64,000 nucleotides of DNA, from assembly GCA_027324025.1 (NCBI GenBank), contig DAHVYW010000012.1, forward strand, positions 4,178-68,177, given 5' to 3'. The position numbers were made by a program, and so were the translations under genes. This document shows positions 1-8,147 of this stretch, in pieces. The stretch is from Bacillota bacterium (lineage in GTDB: Bacteria > Bacillota > Thermincolia > Thermincolales > UBA2595). Under the pieces are notes generated by a model. The model was not told where the DNA came from. It saw only the letters and a program-made list of their open reading frames with translations, and made no database searches. Numbering within the stretch: the stretch's first letter is position 1; the number at the start of each line of letters is the position of its first letter.

Positions 1-418
1 TATTTTCATTTTGTGGCATTGCCATGACTTTTCCGAACATCTCACTACTGGAAGCCTGGTAAAATTTAATTTTTGAATTAACCACACGTATGGCTTCGAG
101 CAAACGAGTCACTCCAAGAGCAGTGAACTCACCTGTCAAAGCAGGCTGATCCCAAGAAGCCGTTACAAAAGACTGCGCACCCAAATTGTAGATTTCATCC
201 GGTTTTGATTTTTCTACAGTCCGAATTAGTGAGCCTTCATCCAACAAATCCCCCGAAAGAAGCTCAATGTCATTTACAATATGTCCAATATTCTCCATAT
301 TAGGGACACTAATACGACGCACTAAACCACAGACCTTATAACCCTTTTCAAGCAACAGTTCAGCCAGATATGACCCATCTTGTCCAGTAATTCCTGTTAT
401 AAGTGCAACCTTTTTCAT
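1..418 (-). CDS. gmd: GDP-mannose 4,6-dehydratase, N-terminal ~139 codons (rest lies left of the window)
   Basis: Not in the ORF track because it runs off the window. My translation from ATG 418..416: MKKVALITGITGQDGSYLAELLLEKGYKVCGLVRR...EIYNLGAQSFV...KFYQASSSEMFG. It has the GxxGxxG Rossmann motif and Gmd-typical blocks. RBS GAGGAGGG lies upstream. Confidence 0.85.
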   Translation of the reverse strand, partial: MKKVALITGITGQDGSYLAELLLEKGYKVCGLVRRISVPNMENIGHIVNDIELLSGDLLDEGSLIRTVEKSKPDEIYNLGAQSFVTASWDQPALTGEFTALGVTRLLEAIRVVNSKIKFYQASSSEMFGKVMAMPQNEN

Positions 419-445
419 GCATACCCTCCTCGTATTAATGATTGT

Positions 446-1774
446 CTAGTTCAATAACTCTAATTCCATTAGGCGCTGCTTTATCATTTCACCAACAGAT
501 TTCGGAGAATAATTGCTACGAATAGTCTTTTGTCCATTTAATGCAAGCATTTCACGCCACTCTTTATCAGAAATAAGCTTGCCCATATAGTGCGCGGCCT
601 GTTCAATATCCGGATCTGCCCAAACCTGATAAGCTTTATACGGGCCGTAATCTTTCCCAACCTTGATTAAATCATAGTCAACTACACAGGAGTTCGTGGA
701 ATTCATAAAATCGATGTTGCCTGACCAGTTAGTTCCAATAACAGATTTGCCTAAATACATCGCTTCTGCTAATACTAGACCAAAACCTTCTGACCTGTGC
801 AGGGATGTGAAACAATCTGTACAACTAATTAGGGCATTAACTGTATCACGTGTTAAGATTTCTTCAATCAAATAAATATTTTTATAACCGTAGATTTGCG
901 CTTTGAGTCTTTCCACTTCTGAAGGGAATGTTTTCGCATTACTAATCTTCAAAACAAGACCAACAGAAGTATCCTCCTTTTTAAAAGCAAGCTTGAATGC
1001 TTCGATTACAGCTTGCGGATTTTTACGCACTTGAAAGCTGTGAGCATCATACATACATAAAAAAAGAAATGGTCCTTCAGGAAGCTTAAAAAAACTGCGT
1101 TTAATATCATTTGGATATTTAACCTCAATTGCAGGGGGAATCCGTCTAACCGGAACAGGAGATTTTTTCGAAACCGAATCTAATATAAAATTTGAATGTA
1201 CCCATACTTCTTGAACAAGTTTGAAACTATCACACCAATCATCTGGGAAATCCGGTAATTCCCATGCCCAATAACCTATATTATATCGACCGTTAAAAAA
1301 ACTGTCACCAAGGTGAATATATGCTAACGGCATCTGATTTGCATTAAGGTGAATAATGCTCGTGTTATACAAAATTTTTTCGGTTTCTTTGTGCTTCCAC
1401 GATTGATCGCACATTCTTGCCGGATTACCTATGGAATAGTTAATGATGCCAAAGGGGATTCCCGAAAACTGGATTGCTTTTGCTAACGCCCGACAGGACT
1501 CACCGATACCCATTTCCGCATGAGAATAACCAATTAAATTTATACCTGGTTCGTCACACTCTCTAATCAAAGGCTCTCTTGCAGTATTTTGCGGGAGATA
1601 GGTTAAACAAATAAACTTGCTCTCTAGAAATTTTACTTTTCCCTTTAGAAAACCTGGTATAATCTTTGCTAAAAACGGCCGAATTTTTAAGCCAAGCAGA
1701 TAGATACTTCTAATAACCGAACGCTTAATCCTGAAAAAAATGTTAGTATTATTAACTTTTTTATTAATCATCAT
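446..1774 (-). CDS. Glycosyltransferase, group 1 / GT4 family
   Basis: 442-aa ORF. The C-terminal block HRSEGFGLVLAEAMYLGKSVIGTNWSGNIDFM is the E-x7-E region typical of GT4 enzymes. Confidence 0.8.
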   Translation of the reverse strand: MMINKKVNNTNIFFRIKRSVIRSIYLLGLKIRPFLAKIIPGFLKGKVKFLESKFICLTYLPQNTAREPLIRECDEPGINLIGYSHAEMGIGESCRALAKAIQFSGIPFGIINYSIGNPARMCDQSWKHKETEKILYNTSIIHLNANQMPLAYIHLGDSFFNGRYNIGYWAWELPDFPDDWCDSFKLVQEVWVHSNFILDSVSKKSPVPVRRIPPAIEVKYPNDIKRSFFKLPEGPFLFLCMYDAHSFQVRKNPQAVIEAFKLAFKKEDTSVGLVLKISNAKTFPSEVERLKAQIYGYKNIYLIEEILTRDTVNALISCTDCFTSLHRSEGFGLVLAEAMYLGKSVIGTNWSGNIDFMNSTNSCVVDYDLIKVGKDYGPYKAYQVWADPDIEQAAHYMGKLISDKEWREMLALNGQKTIRSNYSPKSVGEMIKQRLMELELLN

Positions 1775-1787
1775 TTGAAGTATCCTT

Positions 1788-3008
1788 TCAGATCAACCCA
1801 TGTAACGTGAAATCAAGTTCTTTACATATGTATCCCCACGAACGTCTCTTGGCTATCTGCTGTCTTTTTTCCCTATATTCTTTAGAATCATCATCCAGAG
1901 CCTGTCTTAGTGCTTCTGCAAAACCTTCCACAGTCTCTGCCAGATAAATTATCCCAGAACCATTTTCCCTGGCGAAACGTTCTATCTCAGGAAGTTTTGT
2001 GGCAACAATGGGTAACCCCATCACTAGATATTCGTTAATTTTAGCCGGACGCATTTCGGCAACATAAGGGCTTGGAAAGTACGGTATTAGTCCTGCTTTA
2101 CATTTACTTAAGAAATTGCCCAATTCGTTATACTGCTTAAATGAAGGAATCCAATAAATGTTGTCGGATGCTTTATGGCAGGGTAACTCGTTATAATCCT
2201 TTGGTCCTGCAAAAACAAAATTTATCTCGGGGAATTCTGAGACCATGACACTGACTGCATCCCACCATATTTTATTATTTACGCCACCTATATAGGCGAC
2301 CATAGTGGTATCTTCCATCTGGTCAAGTAACGACGGTTCCCCCAATCCATATTGAACTGTATCAATAAGCCCCGTGGAAAAGCCATCTTCAAACAAAAGC
2401 AATTTATCACTGTCGCCAGAAATTTGTTGTTTAGCGGTATTCTTCATTGGAACAGACGCACACAAAACCACATCGGCCAATTTTAGCATCCTTTGGTGGG
2501 AAACGGCAAATTTTTTGTCTCCCTGAACTTTACATGGGTCGCTGACCAAATCAATCACAACAGCCGCCCATGGTAAATCTTGTGCAAGTTCAACAGCTAA
2601 TGGAGTGGTCAAATACGACCAGAGTAAAATGCGGTTTAGGGGAATGTCATGTTTTTTACCAAATTCTAATACTCTTTCGATTACCAAGTTGGTGTTAAAT
2701 TTTATTGCCATAGACATATAAGGAAACGGCAGTGCCATGGGGCTAAATATTTCAATATTGCTGCTTTTTTCTATTTGCTCAATATTATTAGTGGGGGATA
2801 ATCCCTTCTTTAAACGGTTCCAAACCCGGGGTGCGTCTCTTAGCCCAGGCCTCCTGGCCCCGGTATTTTCCACAAACAATACCGGATACCCCATATTAGC
2901 AAACTGGCTCATTATTTCCTGGGTCCGCTGCCACAGAAAATCCCAGTCGATGGCGGATAAACAGACAATCGCATCGAATTTTTTACTTTCGGGATTTATT
3001 ACATCCAT
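1788..3008 (-). CDS. Glycosyltransferase (GT-B fold, group-1-like)
   Basis: 406-aa ORF with a C-terminal Rossmann-like segment (FVFAGPKD...GLIPY...KINEYLVMGLPIVATKLPEI). It sits inside the glycan cluster. Confidence 0.6.
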   Translation of the reverse strand: MDVINPESKKFDAIVCLSAIDWDFLWQRTQEIMSQFANMGYPVLFVENTGARRPGLRDAPRVWNRLKKGLSPTNNIEQIEKSSNIEIFSPMALPFPYMSMAIKFNTNLVIERVLEFGKKHDIPLNRILLWSYLTTPLAVELAQDLPWAAVVIDLVSDPCKVQGDKKFAVSHQRMLKLADVVLCASVPMKNTAKQQISGDSDKLLLFEDGFSTGLIDTVQYGLGEPSLLDQMEDTTMVAYIGGVNNKIWWDAVSVMVSEFPEINFVFAGPKDYNELPCHKASDNIYWIPSFKQYNELGNFLSKCKAGLIPYFPSPYVAEMRPAKINEYLVMGLPIVATKLPEIERFARENGSGIIYLAETVEGFAEALRQALDDDSKEYREKRQQIAKRRSWGYICKELDFTLHGLI

Positions 3009-3032
3009 TCGCTGTTACGCCCCAGGTATATT

Positions 3033-4169
3033 TTACAAACCGAAAAGCTTGACATAATGGTCAACCATTCTTTCCATAGTAAATTCTTCCTGGTAAAATT
3101 CAAGGGCTTTATTGCCCATGGTTACTCGTAATTCCTTATCTGTTAAAAGGTTAAGAAGATATTGGGCGGCTTCCTCTTCATTATTAGACGAATACAGATA
3201 ACCGGTCTGACCGTGGCTAACAACATGTCCCGTTCCTCCCACATTGCTGGCAATCACAGGAGTCCCCGTGGCCATCGCCTCTATTGCCACCAAAGGGCAG
3301 GCTTCATAATCTGATGTAAGAATTGCCACATCGGCATCCCAAAAATACTGGCTGGCTTCTTCCTTATGACCCACCATGTAAATGGAGTCTTCCAAACCCG
3401 CCTTGCGAATAGCAGAATGACACTGGTCAAACATTGGGCCATCCCCAATAAGCACAAATTTGGGACTAAGAAGGTCCCGAGGATATTGCCGGATCACTAT
3501 TTCGGCAATCCTCACAAGGGCCATGGGATTTTTCACTTTGGAAAGTCTGGCCACCATACAGGCAACCGGTGTGTCTTCGGGTATTGCTAACAGCTCCCGT
3601 AAGCCTTCTCCCGGGGGAGGGGGTACCGGTCTACCGTTAGGAATAAGTCTGCACTTGGAAGCATCCAGACCGAGAGATTTCATTTCCTCCAAGTCATTGG
3701 GTGAAACAAATATATATTCTGAAGCAAACGGTATGACAACCTTCTCCAACTGCTTGTAGATTTTCCTGACAAGCGGAGAAGTACCGGGATGAAAGGAAGT
3801 GCCGTGAACAGTCATATAAATATTAGGTATCCCGGCCCATGTTGCGGCTATCCTTCCCAGCCATGAAGCCTTAGAGCTATGGCAGTGTATAATGTCATAC
3901 TCTCTTTCCCGGAATAACTTTTTAAGCTGCAGGAGAGTCATAAAATCTTTGTAAAGGTTAATTTCTCGGCCAAGCAAGGGCATTTGGGCAGCCTGTCCCC
4001 GAAACCATGGATTAAGCGCCTGCGGAAGGTACTCTCCTGCCCCGAAAACAACATCTATTTCCACCTTATACCCTCTGTCCGAAATTCCCTTTACCAGGTC
4101 AACCAATACGGTTTGCGCTCCTCCGATTTCACCTAGTGTAATTAGTTCCAGGATTCGCACCATAAACAC
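3033..4169 (-). CDS. Glycosyltransferase, group 1 / GT4 family
   Basis: 378-aa ORF with an N-terminal GGAQTVL motif and C-terminal TSDYEACPLVAIEAMATGTPVIASNVGG. The real start is probably MVRIL at 4163. Confidence 0.85.
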   Translation of the reverse strand: MFMVRILELITLGEIGGAQTVLVDLVKGISDRGYKVEIDVVFGAGEYLPQALNPWFRGQAAQMPLLGREINLYKDFMTLLQLKKLFREREYDIIHCHSSKASWLGRIAATWAGIPNIYMTVHGTSFHPGTSPLVRKIYKQLEKVVIPFASEYIFVSPNDLEEMKSLGLDASKCRLIPNGRPVPPPPGEGLRELLAIPEDTPVACMVARLSKVKNPMALVRIAEIVIRQYPRDLLSPKFVLIGDGPMFDQCHSAIRKAGLEDSIYMVGHKEEASQYFWDADVAILTSDYEACPLVAIEAMATGTPVIASNVGGTGHVVSHGQTGYLYSSNNEEEAAQYLLNLLTDKELRVTMGNKALEFYQEEFTMERMVDHYVKLFGL

Positions 4170-4222
4170 CGCCAGTTAATTGACATTTCGTCTTCAGGTA
4201 AATTAGGGACCAACCCGGCCGC

Positions 4223-5647
4223 CTACGACGCCCTATCCCTCATAAACAGTGCCTTTACCGTATGTAACAAAATCTGCAAATCCACCAAAAAGTTGTTTCT
4301 TTTCGCATACAACAAGTCAAAAACCAGCTTTTCCCGCGGCCCTGTATTATACTTTCCGGCAATTTGGGCTATCCCTGTAATTCCAGGTTTCATCCGGTGC
4401 CGGTTATCGTAGCCGTTTATTGCTTTTGAATACTGCTCCACAAAGAACGGTCTTTCCGGCCTTGGTCCCACCAGACTCATCTCCCCTTTGATTACATTAA
4501 ACAACTGGGGAAGTTCGTCTAACCTTGATAACCGGAGCATCCTGCCTGTCTTTGTGGCCCGTTGGTCGTCCTCCACCGCAAATACCGGCCCTGTATCAAG
4601 TTCGGCATTCTGAACCATGGTACGGAACTTATATAAGATAAATACTTTACCGCCTCTTGTTACCCTTTCCTGTTTATAGATTACGGGGCCCGGCGAATCA
4701 AGCTTAATAATTGACCCAACAATAATCATCACCGGAAGCGTAAAAACAAAAGCGGCAGTACCGAGGACTAAATCCAGTATCCTTTTTATTGGGTTGTGTT
4801 CGTATTTGTCATTCTGTACACCAAACACCGGCACATCGTCTATTAAGTTCAAATTGGCCTTGATTACAAGGACCTCGTATAAATCCGGAATGAGAAAGAC
4901 TTCTTTTCCCAATGAATAGCAGTAACATACAACCTTTTCTTTGAGTTCAGCGTCCAGGGATGGGGTGACTACCACCACTTCACAGTCTGTTTGGCGGAGA
5001 ACCTCGGAAAATTCAGTGAACCTGCCCAGAATGGCATATCTCATTTGCTGGTCTTCAGTTTTCGGGTCTTCATCGGTGATTAAGCCAACAATATCTATGT
5101 GACTTTCTGAGAACTTTTTGAAGCGTTCCGCTGTTTCAACGGAATCCTCAAAACCCCCGATGATAACGGCCCTTTGCACTCCCAGGGATAGTTTTGTCAG
5201 CCTCCATAAAAAGTACCGCCATAGGCTTAACATGCTCACCTGCAGTATACCGCTTATCAGAAAAACAGAACGCGGGAACGAATAATTGGCGCTTATGTAA
5301 GTGAGAGAAATACTTAACATTAAGGTAAGTACAATGGCAAAGATAATGGAGTAAAATTGGTCATCCCATCGTGTCCTGGGGGAAACCGAGTAAAGATGGT
5401 AGGTATTGAGAAAAAAGAGACTCCCGAGGGATATCCAAAAGAACATCTGTAAATAAGGGTGAAAGTTAAACGCCGGTAAGGTAAGATTAAACCTAATCAG
5501 GTAGGCCAGGATTATACTTAGGTTTACGATCAAGACATCTATTAACATAATTAAGATAGAAAATCTTGTTTTATTGTTTGAAAGCCACAAAATTGCCGCC
5601 CTCCCCGTGGGGCCAAATACTGGAAACCTACAAAAACTAAGCGTCAT
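4223..5647 (-). CDS. Polyprenyl-phosphate glycosyl-1-phosphate transferase (WbaP/EpsL-type initiating sugar transferase)
   Basis: 474 aa with N-terminal TM helices and a C-terminal bacterial sugar transferase domain: DELPQLFNVIKGEMSLVGPRPERP...KPGITGIAQI. Confidence 0.85.
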   Translation of the reverse strand: MTLSFCRFPVFGPTGRAAILWLSNNKTRFSILIMLIDVLIVNLSIILAYLIRFNLTLPAFNFHPYLQMFFWISLGSLFFLNTYHLYSVSPRTRWDDQFYSIIFAIVLTLMLSISLTYISANYSFPRSVFLISGILQVSMLSLWRYFLWRLTKLSLGVQRAVIIGGFEDSVETAERFKKFSESHIDIVGLITDEDPKTEDQQMRYAILGRFTEFSEVLRQTDCEVVVVTPSLDAELKEKVVCYCYSLGKEVFLIPDLYEVLVIKANLNLIDDVPVFGVQNDKYEHNPIKRILDLVLGTAAFVFTLPVMIIVGSIIKLDSPGPVIYKQERVTRGGKVFILYKFRTMVQNAELDTGPVFAVEDDQRATKTGRMLRLSRLDELPQLFNVIKGEMSLVGPRPERPFFVEQYSKAINGYDNRHRMKPGITGIAQIAGKYNTGPREKLVFDLLYAKRNNFLVDLQILLHTVKALFMRDRAS

Positions 5648-5789
5648 TCCCCAATTACCTTAACTGTGTTAATTTTCTACTTCGGGACCGAAATTCCTCC
5701 TTATTTCGCACTTTTCTTCCACTGAAATATTGTCCTCTTCAGCTTAATCATTCCAAGCCCCGATTACCGGCTAAATCCTTCCATAATTA

Positions 5790-5817
5790 TAAAAACCGGT
5801 AGAAATACATCTGCCGG
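5790..5817 (-). terminator. Putative intrinsic terminator after the Wzy_C/TPR gene
   Basis: Minus strand CCGGCAG-N8-CTACCGG (one mismatch) followed by TTTTT. Confidence 0.4.
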
Positions 5818-5854
5818 CCTTTGCTTACCATCTATATTGGCCCCGAAAAAAACA

Positions 5855-7981
5855 TCAACTTCGGTTAAGCAGGATTTGCGCCTCTTTCGCATATTTATCA
5901 ATGGTCGGCGAAACCTTAAGCATTGGAGCTATGACCCAAAATTCGCGATACTTCGGATTTAATTTTTGCAGTTGGTTGTTAACCATTGAGGGTACCTGCG
6001 CGGCCTTTTCAAAATACTTCCGGGCTTCTTCCTTTTGGCCTTTTAAGGTATAATATTTGCCCACTTTAAAATAAACCTCCACCAGGTTGTCATATTCTTG
6101 CTGCCCATAAGGAGCAATATCGCGTGCCACCTCGTATTCATGGACAGCCTCGGGGATTTCACTCAAGGATAACTGTATCTTCGCTTTAACTACCCTTATC
6201 TTATCATTATAAGGATCAAGCTTCACAGCTGAAACGGCATATTTCTTAGCCTGCCGCACCATGTTGAAATTATCAACAGGATCGCCCAGGTAGTGCAATG
6301 ACTGGGCGGCATCAGCGGCATAAGAACCTTTAAGAGGATTAAGCTTAAACGCCAATTCGTAGTTTTTGACAGCTTCGGGCAGTACCCGGTTGTCTATAGC
6401 GGCTGAACCTTTCTTTGCATAACTAAAGGCTGCAGCGAAGCTAATGGAGATTAACAGTAAGGCAATCGCTGATATTACAGAAATTGTTTTAATGAGGATT
6501 GGGACCCAATTCTTATTAACAACGTTCCTGCTGAAGACGTTATACCTCCGGGCGTAAGAGCTTAGTATCGCAATTAATGTCCACATCAAAACAGAAATAC
6601 TGCCTAACGAAAGGTCAAAATCTATCAGCCCGTGCAGCAAAATACCGGCAACAGAAGCTGATAATGCGGCAATTATCAAGCGTTCTTCTTCCGATATGGC
6701 GCTTTTTAGCAGCCGCCATATCACAACAATCAACGACGCCCATAAAACGATATATGCGATGATTCCTAAAGCTCCGGTATCTACCCCTATTTGCAGTAAA
6801 TGGCTGTGAACCTTTGTTGTGGAGTAAAGGTAACTCTGGTATTTAGTGTATACGGCTGCCCATCCACCTCCTCCGGTGCCAAGCAAAGGGTTATCCCGGA
6901 CGATTTTCCAAGCGTCTTTATAGAATACAAACCTTTCCTGAACATTTCGTGAACTAAAGCCTGTTGACGAAATCTTTTGGACAACCTGGGTCGGTAAAAA
7001 ACTGAATGCGGTGCTGCTCTTAACATTAACATAGATATAAACACCTGCAGCAATAATTAAAACTCCGGCAACCGGTAACAGCAATTTTGTCCGGCTTTTT
7101 CCCAATTCCCCGACTTTAAACCTTATAAAAAAGTAAGCCAAAACGTTAACCAAAAGCAAACCGGCAAACAGCCATAAGATACTGGAACCCCTGCCAACAG
7201 GCAAACCAAGTTTTATGACTTTTGATGAGAAAACCAAGGCAACGATAAACAGAAATATTATGTTTTTTAGTATTTCCTTGCCTGTCCCTTTTCCTGCCAA
7301 TAAACAAAACAGTATTATTACAAAAGGCAGCACCGCAAAAGCACCCCGTGACGAGGTGCCGATAAATGTTATCGCCGCCAGGTAGTTGCCAGTTGAATAT
7401 AAATGTTTAATCCGCAGGTCAGATTCCTGTACAAAGAGGTACGACCCCAGAATAATAACAGGTATCAGGTAACCCCCCAGTGAATTGGAATAACCCAAGG
7501 TAGAGGCAATCTGGTTGAACTCATAGCCTCCAGGAACCTTTACCAGGCCAAAAGCCGCGCCCAAACCAACAACAGCTACTCCAACACCGCTAAAATACAA
7601 AACCTGAATAATTCTCTTAATCTCATCTTTGTCTGAAAACCTTGCTGCCATGAAAAATATCATGGCATAGTTGATATATCTAAAAACCTCTCCTATAGCA
7701 TCATATATATTTAAAGCAACAGTCAAAGACAGCATATATGCAATAAGCAACAGCACCACAGGTATATCCAATATAGAGTGGCTTTGGGTACAATTCTTTG
7801 ACCGCGGATTAACAACCAGAAAAATAATAAAAACCAGAGCCGTGGCCATGTGATAATATTGAAACTGCCGGTCAAAATACAGCCCCTGGAAATAAGGAGG
7901 GAAAAACAGCAGAATCCCTAATACGGTAATTAAAATGATATCACTCAGGGACTGGTTTTTATGTGAGATTTTAGCTGACAT
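5855..7981 (-). CDS. O-antigen ligase/polymerase-like (Wzy_C) polytopic membrane protein with C-terminal TPR domain; candidate S-layer O-oligosaccharyltransferase
   Basis: 708 aa with more than 10 predicted TM helices and a Wzy_C-like block KVHSHLLQIGVDTGALGIIAY. The C-terminal ~190 aa are TPR-like (AVKNYELAFKLNP..., AVSAVKLDP...). It lies directly downstream of the S-layer gene. Confidence 0.7.
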   Translation of the reverse strand: MSAKISHKNQSLSDIILITVLGILLFFPPYFQGLYFDRQFQYYHMATALVFIIFLVVNPRSKNCTQSHSILDIPVVLLLIAYMLSLTVALNIYDAIGEVFRYINYAMIFFMAARFSDKDEIKRIIQVLYFSGVGVAVVGLGAAFGLVKVPGGYEFNQIASTLGYSNSLGGYLIPVIILGSYLFVQESDLRIKHLYSTGNYLAAITFIGTSSRGAFAVLPFVIILFCLLAGKGTGKEILKNIIFLFIVALVFSSKVIKLGLPVGRGSSILWLFAGLLLVNVLAYFFIRFKVGELGKSRTKLLLPVAGVLIIAAGVYIYVNVKSSTAFSFLPTQVVQKISSTGFSSRNVQERFVFYKDAWKIVRDNPLLGTGGGGWAAVYTKYQSYLYSTTKVHSHLLQIGVDTGALGIIAYIVLWASLIVVIWRLLKSAISEEERLIIAALSASVAGILLHGLIDFDLSLGSISVLMWTLIAILSSYARRYNVFSRNVVNKNWVPILIKTISVISAIALLLISISFAAAFSYAKKGSAAIDNRVLPEAVKNYELAFKLNPLKGSYAADAAQSLHYLGDPVDNFNMVRQAKKYAVSAVKLDPYNDKIRVVKAKIQLSLSEIPEAVHEYEVARDIAPYGQQEYDNLVEVYFKVGKYYTLKGQKEEARKYFEKAAQVPSMVNNQLQKLNPKYREFWVIAPMLKVSPTIDKYAKEAQILLNRS

Positions 7982-8104
7982 TTGTTCCTCCAGAATAAGT
8001 TAGTTTCTTTTTCATACTTTCTTTCGACTGTATTTATCTGAATCCTTCTTTTTTTATCTTTTTAATTGATAGTCAGGGAAACAGTTTTTATGCTCCCGTC
8101 TGGG

Positions 8105-8134
8105 GAAAAAAAGAAGGCGCCATAAGGCGCCTTC
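8105..8134 (-). terminator. Intrinsic terminator of the S-layer gene
   Basis: Minus strand GAAGGCGCC-TTAT-GGCGCCTTC followed by TTTTTTT, 14 nt after the stop codon. Confidence 0.75.
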
Positions 8135-8147
8135 CCTGTTTGGATGA

